DNA from: Ruditapes philippinarum
Lineage: Eukaryota
DNA: 64,000 nucleotides
Reading direction: 5' to 3'
NCBI RefSeq assembly: GCF_026571515.1
Contig: NW_026863104.1
Coordinates: forward strand, 1-64,000
Part shown: positions 37,964 through 51,300 of the stretch, one piece after another
How the letters are laid out: every line of letters begins with the position of its first letter
Numbering within the stretch: the stretch's first letter is position 1
Notes under the pieces: generated by a model
What the model was told of the DNA's origin: nothing
Database searches by the model: none
The model's input: only the letters and a program-made list of their open reading frames with translations
Made by a program: the position numbers and the translations under genes

Positions 37964-40900
37964 TTATGTAATATTTTCAACCAAGACGTGTCCTGTACAG
38001 TATACTCTGACGTAACATATATACATGCGCGTGTTTGACAAGTGAATGCAAACAGCATATCGGTAAGAGATAGTACATATAATTAGTGTGCGTCGTTTCT
38101 CCACAACGTCACTCTGTCTTTGTACCTCTACAATGGAATACCCAAGTTTATCGTTAACACAATGTTCTGTCAGTGGCAAAATGAAATAAGAAACAATCTA
38201 GACAAAGGTATGATGTTGATAAATTTAGGTGCCTTAACAATTTCTAATGATTTTACTTATACGATCACATTTAACTGCTCGAAGAAAATCTATATGATCG
38301 TTTAATTCGTTTGATTTAACAATGGGATACATAAATATAACTTTATGTAACATTTTGAAAGTGGTTTTACAACAATTACTTTTCATCCAATATATTTTCG
38401 ATTCCTTGCACATTCCTTCAACCTTTTCAGAAATCAGATATTGCGGAACCTCAATATCTGTCCTTACCCACTCTTTCTTGTCAGTCTCGTTATCCTTTTT
38501 TTGGTGAATGTCAACCTGTGAGATGAAACAAGGTCATTTATTTTCAATTTTATGAGTCATTACATTGTAGTTAAACGATTTTGAATATAATTAAGGATAC
38601 AGATATTTCGCTTATGCAATTATTTATACAGGGATATGTCGGACAATTTTTACAATGTTTTTGTCGGAACATAAAATCTCCTGGCCAGTTAATATACAGA
38701 TATATAGTATACCTCTCCATTTGAATACTCGTTAGGGTCAAGACTTGGAGCTTCTGTCTCATTCATATGCTGTGCAATACATTCGCTTTGAGTATTACTC
38801 TCCCTATCAACAAATCGTGTAACAACTATGCCCTGAAATAATTGCATAAAAAAGCATTTTGTCCCAACTTGTATACGACGGTATAGATTCTAATAACAAT
38901 TATATACATGATGGAAGTCAGATAACTGTTTCCCATTATATCCCATGGACCATTTAATCAACCGTAAGTAATTAAGTAAGTAAGTAAGTAAGTAAAGGAT
39001 GATTTATACCTACTCAGCAATATCTGCTTAAATGATCATAAAATACATTTTTATATAACGTGTTTGAAGAAGGAAGTCTTCTTGTTTATGTGCAGTTCAT
39101 CCACATGGTCAACTTACATGTTCGTAATCATAGATGACCTCTGCCATATTAGAAATCCGCACGTCAACCTCTGTTTTGGTTACATTAGTCTCCTCCTCAA
39201 ATATGTCCCCTTCGTCAGATTTGAATGTTTGATGCACAACCTATGTAATATTAAATAAAACATGCATTCAAAATGACAGAATTATATATGACAAGCGACC
39301 CTATAATTCAACAGAGTCATGAAAAAAAAACATTTTTATATATAATTTGATCATAATGCTCAGGCCCCGTGTTCACAAAGAAAAGATCAGGATCAGGATC
39401 AGATGATCCTGATTTTATTTTCATTGTTTTATACAACTAAAATTGATGGTATTATGCTAGAAGTAAATGGTACATATTCGGAATATAAATAATTGCTTAC
39501 TTGCAAAGAAACCAACCTATTTTGGGGAAAAATCAACAAATAACAAAACAAATACAAAAATAATCGGATCAAAATAAGGATCAAGATCAGGATCAAGATC
39601 AAAATTTGGATCAACTGTAAAATGCCCATATCTTGTAAAAATAAGAATAAATTCATTCTAAAATTTCATAAGCATGCTATCTCAAGTCCAGTTTTATTAA
39701 GTTAATACTGAATATTTCATCTATGAGGATAAATAATAGAGAATATTTGAGTTTTTAAATTTGATCCTAATCTTGATCCTGATCCTTAAATCTTTGTGAA
39801 CACGGGGCCAGGATATGATCAGGCAGTCAATTGGTGAATATATTTCTTTAGGGACCACTGGTTGGTGTATCAAGAAGTACATAAAGGACATTACTGTGGA
39901 AAACAACAATGAAGTAAGTAAGTAATAAACTACTATAACATTTACTAAATTTCATTGAAATAAAATAGAACAACATATTTCGTCCAAGGTTTTTTTATGT
40001 TTTACTAATCCTCTTATGTTTCACTTTATTTCTGTTATAAACAATAAAAAACAAAACAACAAAACAAATAAAAGCAAAAACAACAAAAAACAAACAAACA
40101 ATTAAAAAAAACGAAAAAAACACACACAATCGAACAAGAAGAAAATCCAATGAAATTTGCAAATAAAAACCCAATAAGGCCTACCTTGTATGCTTCTGTT
40201 GTAATTTTTGGTCCAAAATGGACAGACATAAGAACAATAGCTGCAACAGCTGTCACAGCAACAACACCAGCTTCCATTCCAACAATTATTCTTTTATTCG
40301 AACGTTCCTTAGATTCTTTAATGTAAACCTTCGAATATGTCATAAAAATTATTTTATATAAATTATAATTATTTATTTATTTATATATTAAATGTAGTTG
40401 TTCCCTAATAATAGGATCAATGGTTTTGTGTTAAAATGCAAGGTAGAGGACGCACAAACATTTCTGTCTAAAAAAAACTAGTGATGTTATATGAAATACA
40501 TACATTATATGAAATATTTTTTCGTCATTAAATTTTACTTATCATACAAAAATTTTAGAAAATTCTATGAAGGAAATGTTTCGATATTTTTTTAATAATT
40601 TACAGGATTCATGTTTATATTGCTCATTTTTTGTTCAGTTAAAAAGCTTGAAAAACTCATATTTTTAAGAAATATATTCAAATTATCATTTGTTTCATAC
40701 AGAATCAAAAAAACAAGTTATCTTTGTATGAATTTGTGCTTGTTTTGTGTATTTAACTGTCTTTTACATTTTTTATATTTTAATACACAGTGTGACTATT
40801 TTGACAGTTCTGATATATACGGTTACCATGGAAACTGCCATTTCACAAAAAATCCAAATTGTCAACATTTTTTTTTTATTCGCCATTAAATTTTACTTAT

Positions 40901-43900
40901 TATACAAAAATTTTTAAAAAATCTATGAAAGGATTAAAGTTTCCTTAAACTGTAGAAAATGTCTTTAAGCTTAACGAATATTTCATAGCAAGTTTTATAA
41001 ATTGTACACACTCTTTATGCTCTATTTCTGTGGGTATAAAAAATCAGTGCAAGATCAGGAAGTAAGGAAGTAAAGAGTTGCTTTATTTGATTTATTTCTG
41101 CCGTTAAAGAAATGTCATCAATGCAAACATTTAAATCATCAGTTACCTTTTAAGTCATCAGTATATTTGGAGTATTTTTCAACTTGGATATTAAGTGATT
41201 TATTGGAGCTTGGATTATTTTTTAAAATAGTTTAAATTATTCTTGTGGATTTTATTGTGGGAATTTATTCTAAAGTGTTCTTGGATTTTACTTGGATTTA
41301 AGTGTGCTATTCAAAAAGGATCATTCCAGGATCAGACTAGACATTTGAAATTTACATTTTTATTTGGATTTCAGGTATTTGTACACATAATTTGTTGTTT
41401 TAATTTTCTTTGATAATTTTTCTGTAATAAATTTGTTATTGTTACAAGTTTGTTGCTGGCTTTTCTTTCTCGTTACGCCTGGCTCGTAACAATATATACG
41501 GTTACCATGGAAACTGCCATTTCACAAAAAATCCAAATTGTCAACATTTTTTTTATTCGCCATTAAATTTTACTTATCATACAAAAAATTTAAAAAAATC
41601 TATGAAAGAATTAAAGTTTCCTTAAATTGTAGAAAATGTCTTTAAGCTTAACGAATATTTCATAGCAAGTTTTATAAATTGTACACACTCTTTATGCTCT
41701 ATTTCTGTGGGTATAAAAAATCAGTGCAAGATCAGATAGTAAGGAAGTAAAGAGTTGCTTTATTTGATTTTTTTTCTGCCGTTAAAGAAATTTCATCAAT
41801 ACAAACATACGTAACTGCGATTAATATATTCTTCCATTCTTACCCAATACGTGTGTTTATTTATTTAATATTTGCAAATGTTTTGATATATAGATTAAGT
41901 GTTCCTAAAACAAAACAATCAAGGCAATATTTATCTGTTTCTTAATAGCAATCAGCAGTTGGACTGATTACTGTAATAATGAAGTAATTTCAAACAAAAT
42001 AATTACTATCAATAAAGCGTTTTAAGACATGTTTTGTCTGTGCCAAATTCTTTTTTACTGGCAATGTCATGAAAAAAGATATATTTGACAAGATCATAAA
42101 AAGTAACTTAAATGCTTTTTCTGGCACATGAACTGTGATAATATCAGTCTTTCCAGGTTCCATTCCTAAAGCTTGCTTCATTATAAAACGTTCAGAAGAC
42201 AATACCTAAGAGTGCTGTGATTTTTTTGCTATGCATATTGAAGGCTGCTGGCGTATCACAAGCTTAAATAGCTGCCCAAAGTAATAAACTCCTAATTATT
42301 TTTTTTATATATCCCACGTAGTAGTTATCCTTATTATAGAACAAATTAAAATGGCACCAAGACGCTTCCGTAAGTATGTCATTCTATAACATCTTTTTCT
42401 GAAAAAGGTATAGGTGAAATTATGCCCATCCAAGGGTATATAGAGAGTGAACAGGTGAAAGCCAAAGAATTTTACATTTTACCATAATTCCTTTCAATTT
42501 TATAATATTCATACCATGAACGATGAAGAACGCATATGGCATAAGGGAATTCTATAAATATTTACATGTAACACTCAATTTATAATAAGAGTGGTGCAGT
42601 CTTGTCATATTTTGGGGAGATTTACATTCTATTCTAAACATTTGCGGTCAATCCCTATTGAAACAGTCATTTTTTTTAAATACATAATCAATTCAGCTTA
42701 AATTCACAAGGAAAACATCTCATTAATATGTCTTCTATTTGAGTTAAACTAATCTTGACATACATAATTTATTTCCTATCACAGAAGCACTTTTTACTTT
42801 ATTTTTCCAGCACAAGAAATAAAGATTTAAATTCGAATACTTAATATGGTTTAAAATCAATCAATTTGTAAATGCCTTAACTTCATACCAAGGCATCAGT
42901 TAATTTGACATTAAAGTCTGAAGTCAAAGGTTGTGAACAAATGTAAAGCATTATGGCATCTTGATTTGGTCTTTTTTGTACATTGAATTACCCAATCCTT
43001 AATAACTTTGTGATTAATGCTTCCGAGGGATCACTTTGTTTCCAGATTTTTATACTTCACAACAGCAGGTGTCAAGTGCTGTGTGGCAGCTGTAAAAGGT
43101 TGCCGCGTACTTCACTTCAGTGTTGTTATATTTTTCTGGTCCTTCGGGATCATTGATGCCAGCACTATTAAATGTTGAGAATTGAGTACCGCTCAAGCCG
43201 GTGCTAGGGGGCGTGAGGGATGTTGCAATTATTCATTATCCCTCATGTACAGACTCAATCAAACCGAGTCTGCAATTCTTATGTAATTTTGTTGTGAGTA
43301 ATGCTTCCGAGGGATCACTTTGTTTCATGATTTTATACGTCACATCAGCAGGTGTCAAGTGATGTGTGGCAGCTGTAAAAGGTTGCCCCGTACTTCACTT
43401 CAGTGTTGTTATATTTTTCTGGTCCTTCGGGATCATTGATGCCAGCACTATCAAATGTTGAGAATTGAGTACCGCTCAAGCCGGTGCTGCTAGGGGGCGT
43501 GAGGGATGTTGCACTTATTCATTATCCCTCATGTACAGACTCAATCAAACCGAGTCTGCAATTCTTATTATATGTAATTTTGTTGTGATTAATGCTTCCG
43601 AGGGATCACTTTGTTTCCAGATTTTTACACTTGTGTCAAACTATTTTTTAAGACAGCTTTTCCTTTTGTAGTTTTATAAGTTTAACTTCAGTTTAAGAAT
43701 CATAAACTAATCAATGATAACAAATCAGCACTTGAAATTTAAATTCAAATCAGATTAAAAGTGTTATGTAGACAAAAGGTTTATGACTTTTTCAGATCAG
43801 CACCTTACAAAACTTTACATAAACTTACTAAAATATTGCAGTTTTAATACAATTAAAGAAATGCGTCTTAAAAATTTTGTATTCAAGTATGGATAGTGGT

Positions 43901-44003
43901 TACAAAAAATAAACTTTCAGCATTTAAAGATACTCAAAAAATAGAAATGTATGCTCATACTAGACATCATTTGAAGTATTTTTCTGAAGAAAAATATTAC
44001 CAT
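37964..44003 (-). CDS. BRICHOS-domain type II membrane proprotein, paralog B (242 aa), with a divergent C-terminal 4-Cys peptide
   Basis: Exons 44003-44001 (ATG), 40328-40185, 39240-39118, 38832-38713, 38515-38380 and 38166-37964 have the same phases as paralog A, the same lengths except the last exon, and no stops. C-terminus ...[47 protein letters not shown]. Confidence 0.85.
39364..39808. mobile_element. PIF/Harbinger-type MITE, intronic, copy B only
   Basis: TIR gccccgtgttcacaaag / ctttgtgaacacggggc with a 3-bp TSD CAG. Empty site 'gctcaggatacg' at ~26740. Internal (gatcar)n repeats. Confidence 0.85.
40815..41808. repeat. ~315-bp direct repeats flanking an LTR-3'-end-like fragment
   Basis: 'atatatacggttaccatggaaactgcc...' at ~40814 and ~41492. 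The spacer has AATAAA and ends '...cctggctcgtaaca'. Confidence 0.6.
43010..43628. repeat. Inserted head-to-tail array (~2.15 x ~285-290 bp) of a sequence partly shared with the Kolobok MITE interior
   Basis: 'taatgcttccgagggatcactttgtttc' at ~43016, 43299 and 43590. It shares 'catgtacagactcaatcaaaccgagtctgcaatt' with 12846-12879. Absent at ~30817 in copy A. Confidence 0.75.
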
Positions 44004-44448
44004 CTTAGCTCTTCCAACTTTGCAATTTGGGTAGTTCTTGTGATTTCTATGATATCTATATCTAAAATACAAATCAAAGTATATTACATTATATTTCATA
44101 ACACTACATTATATAACATTACATTATATTACATTACATCACATTAACCAATTCTACATTCAGCTGTTTAAACCACAATGTATATAATATATGATAAACA
44201 ACATCAACAAGGAAAGGCGGCGTTTGACATGAACGTAACCCCCATATGACGCAGCAACAAGAACCAGCGGCAAGGAGCCCAGGTGGACCCCAAACAAAAA
44301 CCTGGCTCTTAGCCCCACCATGTTCCTATAAACGAGACAGTGTAAATAAAATGAATCCCCGTAAAAGGTTTACGTGTCAGTCAGCACTCTTTTGAATCAG
44401 ACCATACCAAGGTTTATCAAATACATGTAGATAGAAAAACATGTATTT

Positions 44449-44683
44449 GAGCCGTGTCATGACAAAACCAACATAATGGGTTTGCGACCAGCATGGATCC
44501 AGACCAGCCTGCGCATCCGCGCAGTCTGATCAGGATCCATGCTGTTCGCTATCAGTTTCTCTACTTGTAATAGAGTTGGTAAGCGAACAGCATGGATCCT
44601 GATCAGACTGCGCGGATGCGCAGGCTGGTCTGGATCCATGCTGGTCGCAAACCCATTATGTTGGTTTTGTCGTGACGCGGCTC
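44449..44683. mobile_element. Fold-back Sola-type MITE, copy B only
   Basis: Near-perfect ~100-bp inverted arms, GAG..CTC termini and an ATTT TSD. Absent from the paralogous site at ~31815. Confidence 0.85.
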
Positions 44684-44995
44684 ATTTGATGTCAATACAG
44701 CATACCTTGTTTGTTATTGAGGGCTTTTTTCATTACACTTTATATTTAGATCATATACTGCAGGGGACGGCAAAATCAATTGTTCATATTATCCAGGTTG
44801 TGCCACAGCAGTCAAGTGAAAATTTTCCCCAGTTTACTTTATAGATATCATAGAGACATGCAAAAATAAATTTAAGATAAAACAGAAATGTAAGTCAAAA
44901 TAAGATTTATCAATCTATTTAATTAGATTTTAGTACTGATTTTTGATTCTTTACTTCAGGTATATGAATACTCTTTTCTTCAGGTATATGAATAC

Positions 44996-45394
44996 TATAA
45001 GAATCTTACACTGGCTGCCGGTACAGAATCGAGGGTAACTGTTGACGGCGGTAACGAGGCTCTGCCGAGTTTCCGCTTAAACAGTTACCCGAGAGCTAGA
45101 TATTCTCGTCTGTACCGACAGCCGGTGTTTCATTCTTTTTCTTGCATCTTACATATCAATTATTTTCTGAAGAGAAATTACGAAAACTGATATTCTCATT
45201 ACGCACTTGTTCTTATAGTAGCGTATGAACTTACAACTTCATTCATAACGGTTAAGTGACGTCATCATAAGAACGCAATTCGTTCATAAAAGGCGCGCGA
45301 CAATGACGTCATTTAAAGCACGCGACTTGTCTTACATGGGGGTATTAAGCACCGGTGTAAACGGTAGATTATCCTGTCTGACATGCAAGAAAAT
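44996..45394. mobile_element. Insertion without an evident TSD, with a subterminal hairpin (Crypton-like MITE, tentative), copy B only
   Basis: Stem around acgaggctctgccgagt; internal ttttcttgcat inverted to the terminal atgcaagaaaa. Empty site at ~32098. Confidence 0.6.
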
Positions 45395-47469
45395 ATTATA
45401 TTATATGTAAATGATGTAAGTTGCAGTATATTAGGCTATTCTGGTTTCAAGATAAATAACCAGTATTATAAATATACAAGTTCCAGAGACCGTAAATTAC
45501 GTTTGTCCGCTTTTATTATCAAGTAAAATTAGATCGAATTAGGAGCATTATGGGTAGAAAGAAGTAAGCAGCTACTTGTCCTGCAAAATGAGTCCCTCTG
45601 ATTTTTCCCCATTTCTACTGCAACTAAAGCTGAAAAGTTGATATACTTTACGTGAATATCCTACATTTTACAAGGGAGATTTTTGGCAAACGTATACAAT
45701 TAAACCCCTTTTACATGTTGCATGTATTTACATATACTAAGGCAATAATTTAGCCACATTTTTTTCTGCATTTCTTTCCAATTTAACAGTCTAATATGAC
45801 ATCATTAGCATATATCAAAACAAAATCATTTAAGTGATATCAGTCATTTTAAGTGCAAGCAAGGGCACCGCGTGTGGTGTTTAAATGCTTGTCTGTTAAA
45901 AATTAGTTAAAAGTTAAAATGGGGCATAACTCCATGAACTCCAAGAATATTGCTTTCAGAGTTATGCCCCATGTATGACATCTGCATCTTGTAATGATGA
46001 GCAAATATTACAAGTTTCATGTTGCTACCTTCGTCAATGTTTCACTAATGGGCTACAATCCAAAGATGCAGCAGAGATCATATTAGCTTGACTTTTTCTT
46101 CACAACAGATGAGCAAATGAGCTAAAAATAACACTTTTATAATATACTTTGTCGAATTTAACTATATATTCAACCATAAACAAAATTGGCATAAAAGTCC
46201 TTTTGAATTACACCCTAGTATAATAAAGCTTTTTTTCTGTCAAGTTGTATTTGTTAATGTGATACATGCATTAAATATAAAAAGACATACACTGGTATTT
46301 CCCTATAATAAACCTCCATATACGTAATCTGAATGTTTAACACCCTATAATTGCATTCAAACATAATTTGTTGAAAAATAAATTCAACTGTTGAATCACA
46401 TTTTTACTCACTACAAGTACAATTGAAACAAATGTACAATAATAGATGGTCTGATTCAATGATGATGAATCTGTACAAAGGTCTCCCTTTTCACAAAGTC
46501 GTAGAAACAATCTTATCTAAATTTTCCTTTCTGATTAAATACCGTTTTTTATTTACAACCATTATGAACTACTTATGTTTTAAAAATCAACACAATGATT
46601 TACAGAATCCTTTTTTCTTCAAAATAATATGTACCTCGACTCACCTGTATTGCTTAGCTATTTCAATAATAATTCCCAACCTTTAAATTCTACATATGGT
46701 CAAACTCTAAAATAGAGAGAAATAACGAATCCCTAAAGAACGCACAAAACGACACAATTGAATATGTTGCAGGCTAAAACAATGTAAGAGTGTTATACCT
46801 GGCCATTTAAAACATACAGCAATTGTTATTTGTATTTATGAGAAATAATAACATTGTATAGGAATAGTTGGTGCAAGCCATGGATGCTGTATTAACTTAC
46901 CTGTGATGTCTTGCAAGCAGGATATAGCTCAGTATACATGGTATAGCCCGCTATATTTCCTGGAATTTATCAATATGTATGAGCTGTAGCAGCTGTGGGC
47001 TAACTTCAAACATAAATTTTAATTACATTGTTTCTATTACAAAATTACATGCCTGACATCCAACTTACAATACAATTTATTAGAAATGAAATATTTCAAA
47101 TAAAACATTTCAAAACCTCAACATGGAAATATGTTCAGACTGAAACCATAAATAATATTGAAATCGTTAAATAACCATGTAACATATTCATGTATAACAC
47201 ATACAGAAATGCTGATGGATAATTGATCTATAGTAACACAAGATAATATTTTTGTTAAAAAAGGACAAATGTCTTGGGATAAAAGAAAATCTGTTTGTAA
47301 AACAAGCAGCACTCCATTACTCTCAGTTCTTGATAGTGGAATAACAATAGGTCTTGCAAAATACCTTAAAGTAGTTAAAATTGGAACACAATTATGTCAA
47401 AATCAATGGCAGTAGCTTTAAATCCCCTTGCCTGGAAGTTAATGTGAACGGAAAACGGAAAAAAATCCT

Positions 47470-47660
47470 CCCGGACTAAAGCCCTCCCATCCAAAAAATG
47501 ACAAAGCGTACAAATGCCCTCGTGTGAAAAAGACAGGACGGACAAAAGCCCTCCCGTGATAATGACAGGGCGGACAAAAGCCCTCCCGTGAAAATGACAG
47601 GGCGGACAAATGCCCTCCCGTTAAAATGACAGGGCGGACAAATGCCCTCTCGTTAAAATA
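47470..47660. repeat. ~32-bp tandem repeat (6 units), probably subterminal repeats of a DNA transposon
   Basis: 'ggacaaa(a/t)gccctcccgtgaaaatgacagggc' repeated. Confidence 0.7.
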
Positions 47661-48367
47661 TCAAGTCTTTGGTCCGCCCCAAGGTAATACAGGGGCCAAA
47701 GTCATCTGCAGTCTGATAAACACGAAGGTTCTGACCTAAAAGATATTGGGTCTAAATATTAAGTTACAGAGTTAAAGCCAGTTACAGGAAAAAACAAGAG
47801 AATTTTCTTAATTTGACCTTGATGGCCGAGCTTTATTAAAGGTCAATGTCAAATCTAACTTATCCGATATGTTTGTATGGTCACAAGTGTTGTTTTTGTC
47901 CAGGTAAAAATTAAATCCGTACATAAATAACAAAATCATGAAAAAAAAATAAATGGGAGCAATCTGCTTTTACAGTTACCTCCATTATTTGTCACGGAAA
48001 ATAGGTTCGTTATAGTTTCATAATTGAACACCTATCACAGATAATAATTTTACTTTGTCATTTTAAATGCCCAATACAAAAAAATACAAATACATTTCCA
48101 AAAAACTGCCGTTTAGTAATTCTCACAAAAACATCTTTGTTGACCTACGCTTGCGGTGACTTCGATATTAAATATCTACTTATTTCTTGAAACCATCAGC
48201 TTTGTTTCCTTTAAGAGTAATCAGTTCCTTACCATTTTGTACCAAGATTTTGAAATTTGGTGGAACAATAATGGAGTTATGGAGTTCACATTTACTTAAA
48301 GATGAATGCTAAAAAATGAGCAGCGAGTTGCATACCTTAACTAAATATATTTGTATCTTTTTTCATT

Positions 48368-51300
48368 AGTGAGTGAGTGAGTGAGTGAGTGAGTGAGTGA
48401 GTGAGTTGGTGAGTTGGTAAGTGAGTGAGTGAGTGAGTGAGTGAGTGAGTGAGTGACAACTTTATTTTATGAGGCTAACACATTCAGTTTCCCGATCTTC
48501 CATGCGGGCTTCAGTATATACAAAACAACATAAAATACAATCACAGTCAACATTTAGACAACATAAATGTGTACATTAAACATCATATCAATACAATAAA
48601 TAAGTAAACATTTTTTTTCTTACATAGAGAAGTGACATTTTCATAACTCCAGCATGGAAAGTATTTGTTGTTTTTTTAAACAATATGTACAAACAATTAG
48701 ATAGAAAATTAAAATTGCCACTAGATATGAAATTTCCTCAGCGTATCAGAATTTCGAATATGTATTGGTATGCTGTGCCATACCACAGGACCAGAGTAAT
48801 TAAATGATTTTCTAAAGAATTCTGTTTTTGGCTTATGTACAGTTAGTTTTTCATTTTGTATAGATCTTAAGTTTAAGTCATGTTTGTCATTTGCATGCAC
48901 TGTTTCGAATTTATTTTTCATATAAACAGGAAAGGATGGTTCATTTATAGATTTATACATGAGGATTGCCTTTTTATACATAATTCTTTGGTCAAAGGAC
49001 ATCCAATAGAATATGTGATGGGGGTCTAAAATAATTCTTGCAGCTCTTTTTTGAAAGTTGACAATTTGTGAAAGTAATTCACTACTGCAGTTTCCCCAAA
49101 TAGTGCAACAGTAGTCAATATGTGGCAGGATATATGCATTAAAAAGAGTTTTCTGGAGTGGAGATCAAGGTACTGTTTGATTCTAAGAAGCAAATAGAGC
49201 TTTAATAATATTTTGAATTTGTGTTTTACATTTGAAATTTTTGTCAACCTGGACTCCTATCAGTTTTTCAATGTCTGTAAATTCTAACTCTTTGTTTTGA
49301 AGGTGTAGAGTAGATGAAGCATTAACTTTTGATTTAGTTTTTTTTATAGAGAAATTTATGACCTTAGTTTTTTGTGCATTTAATATCATTGCATGTTGCC
49401 TACACCATGTGGTAACACTATCAAGATCTGTTTGAAGATTATCATTCATTTCCTTTAAAGTACTCCCAGTAGAAGTTAGGGAAGTGTCGTCTGCAAACAT
49501 ATCGGTAGTTGACTGTTTAACATGAAGATGGATGTCATTAATGTATATCAAAAATAGTAGGGGCCCAAGGACTGAGCCCTAAGGCACTCCTGAGATAACA
49601 TCAGCTGCTTCAGATAAAACAGCAGACACATTGACTTTTTGTAACCTGTCTGATCGATAAGATCTTATCCAATCTATAGCATGTGAATAAAAATTATAGA
49701 AAGGTAGTTTTTCTAGAAGAATTTGGTGGTTTACTAAATCAAAGGCTTTTGAAACGCCAAGAAAAACAGTTCCGACAAGTTTGCCATCATTCAGAGCACT
49801 GATCCAATTATCAATTATATTTGTAAGAGCTGTCTTACATGAATAATGTGCCCTGAAACCTGATTGAGCAGTGTAAAGTAAATTGTTTGTTTCTAAATAG
49901 ATCTATCAGTGGCCTGATATATGTTTTTCAATTATTTTAGAGATAAGGGGAAGTACTGAAATTATCTATAATCATTTTTGTCTCCCTTTGGTCCTTTTTT
50001 GTAAACTGGCGTAACCTTTGACTGTTTTAGCTGAGTTGGAAATTTTCCACTTTTTATACTTGGATTTACATAGTGGTTTACTTATGACATCAGCTGCTGT
50101 TTTTAAATTTAGAAATTATGCACCAATACCATCTAGGCCTGTTGCTTTTTTGGCATCTGGACTATTGAGTTTCTGATTAACATAGCTTAAGTCAACAAAG
50201 GGGATTTCAAAATTATTTGACTGATTTGAAATTTTGGATTTAACCGATTCTTGTAAAGAAGTTTTCAATTCATATGATAATCCTTCTGATACATTTTCAG
50301 CTTTTTCAAATACACTTGCAAAGAAAGTATTTTAAGGTTTCTGCTGTTAATTTTGGATCAGTTATTGGTAAACCATTCTCATCATTTATGTAAGAATTTT
50401 GTTGAACATTTGTTTTTTTAGGATTTTTCTTATTTGAGTTTAAATCATAATGAAAGAAATCTTTTTTTTGCTGTATGAAAAAGTTTTTTTCACTTTTAAT
50501 TTCCAATATTTGAAATTATCAACATTATTTTTCTTTTTTGCATAGTCCCTGTTATGTATTGCATTAGCTATATCCTCATTGAACCAATCACCTTGATTTT
50601 TATGCTTAACTCGCTTTTGTTTGTATGGAGCATGTATATTGATAGTTTCTAAAAATAATTTATTAAAAGTGTCTAAAGCGTCATCTGGATCATTAAACAT
50701 ATCAATAAGGGACCATGGTTGTTTTGACAGATCATCTAGAAATTTATCAGCGTTGAAATTCTTTAAGTACCTGTTATTGATTGTAAAATGAATTGGACCT
50801 TTTTAACATTTTTGATAGTTCGATTTGTGAAAATTATTGGAAAGTGGTCACTAATAGAAAGTATAGGGACAGTAATGTATTATATATTTTGTGATTGATT
50901 ACTATAGACATGATCAATGATAGTTGGTGATGTTGATGTAACTCTTGTAGGCTATGTTATAAGTTGTGACAGATTAAATGTATTAATAATATTATTCCAT
51001 GCTGAGTTATTTGAACCTGTAGTTCCAAAATTAAAGTTAAAATCTCCAAAAAGAATTATTTCTTTGTTTTTAACAAATATTTTTCAAGAATTTCTTCAAT
51101 GTTATCATTCCATGAGGTTAAGGACGAAGGTGGCCTATAAATGTAACCTATCAAAAAAGGTTTTTGCTTTTCAAGTTTCATTTCGAACAAAACAAGGCCA
51201 CCACCATTTGATTTTCTGTTACGTCTAAAGAGTTGATAATTGTTTAAAGATATCTCTAAGTCAGCAAAAACATCACTTATGAAAGTTTCTTGTAGACCTA

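Larger units (their letters stand above)
34262..47243. repeat. Second copy of a tandem segmental duplication (first copy ~13669-33889)
   Basis: Colinear high-identity blocks, e.g. 13669~34262, 16474~35068, 19308~37776, 24631~38293, 26390~39021, 30264~40124, 31208~43998, 33880~47234. Confidence 0.9.
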
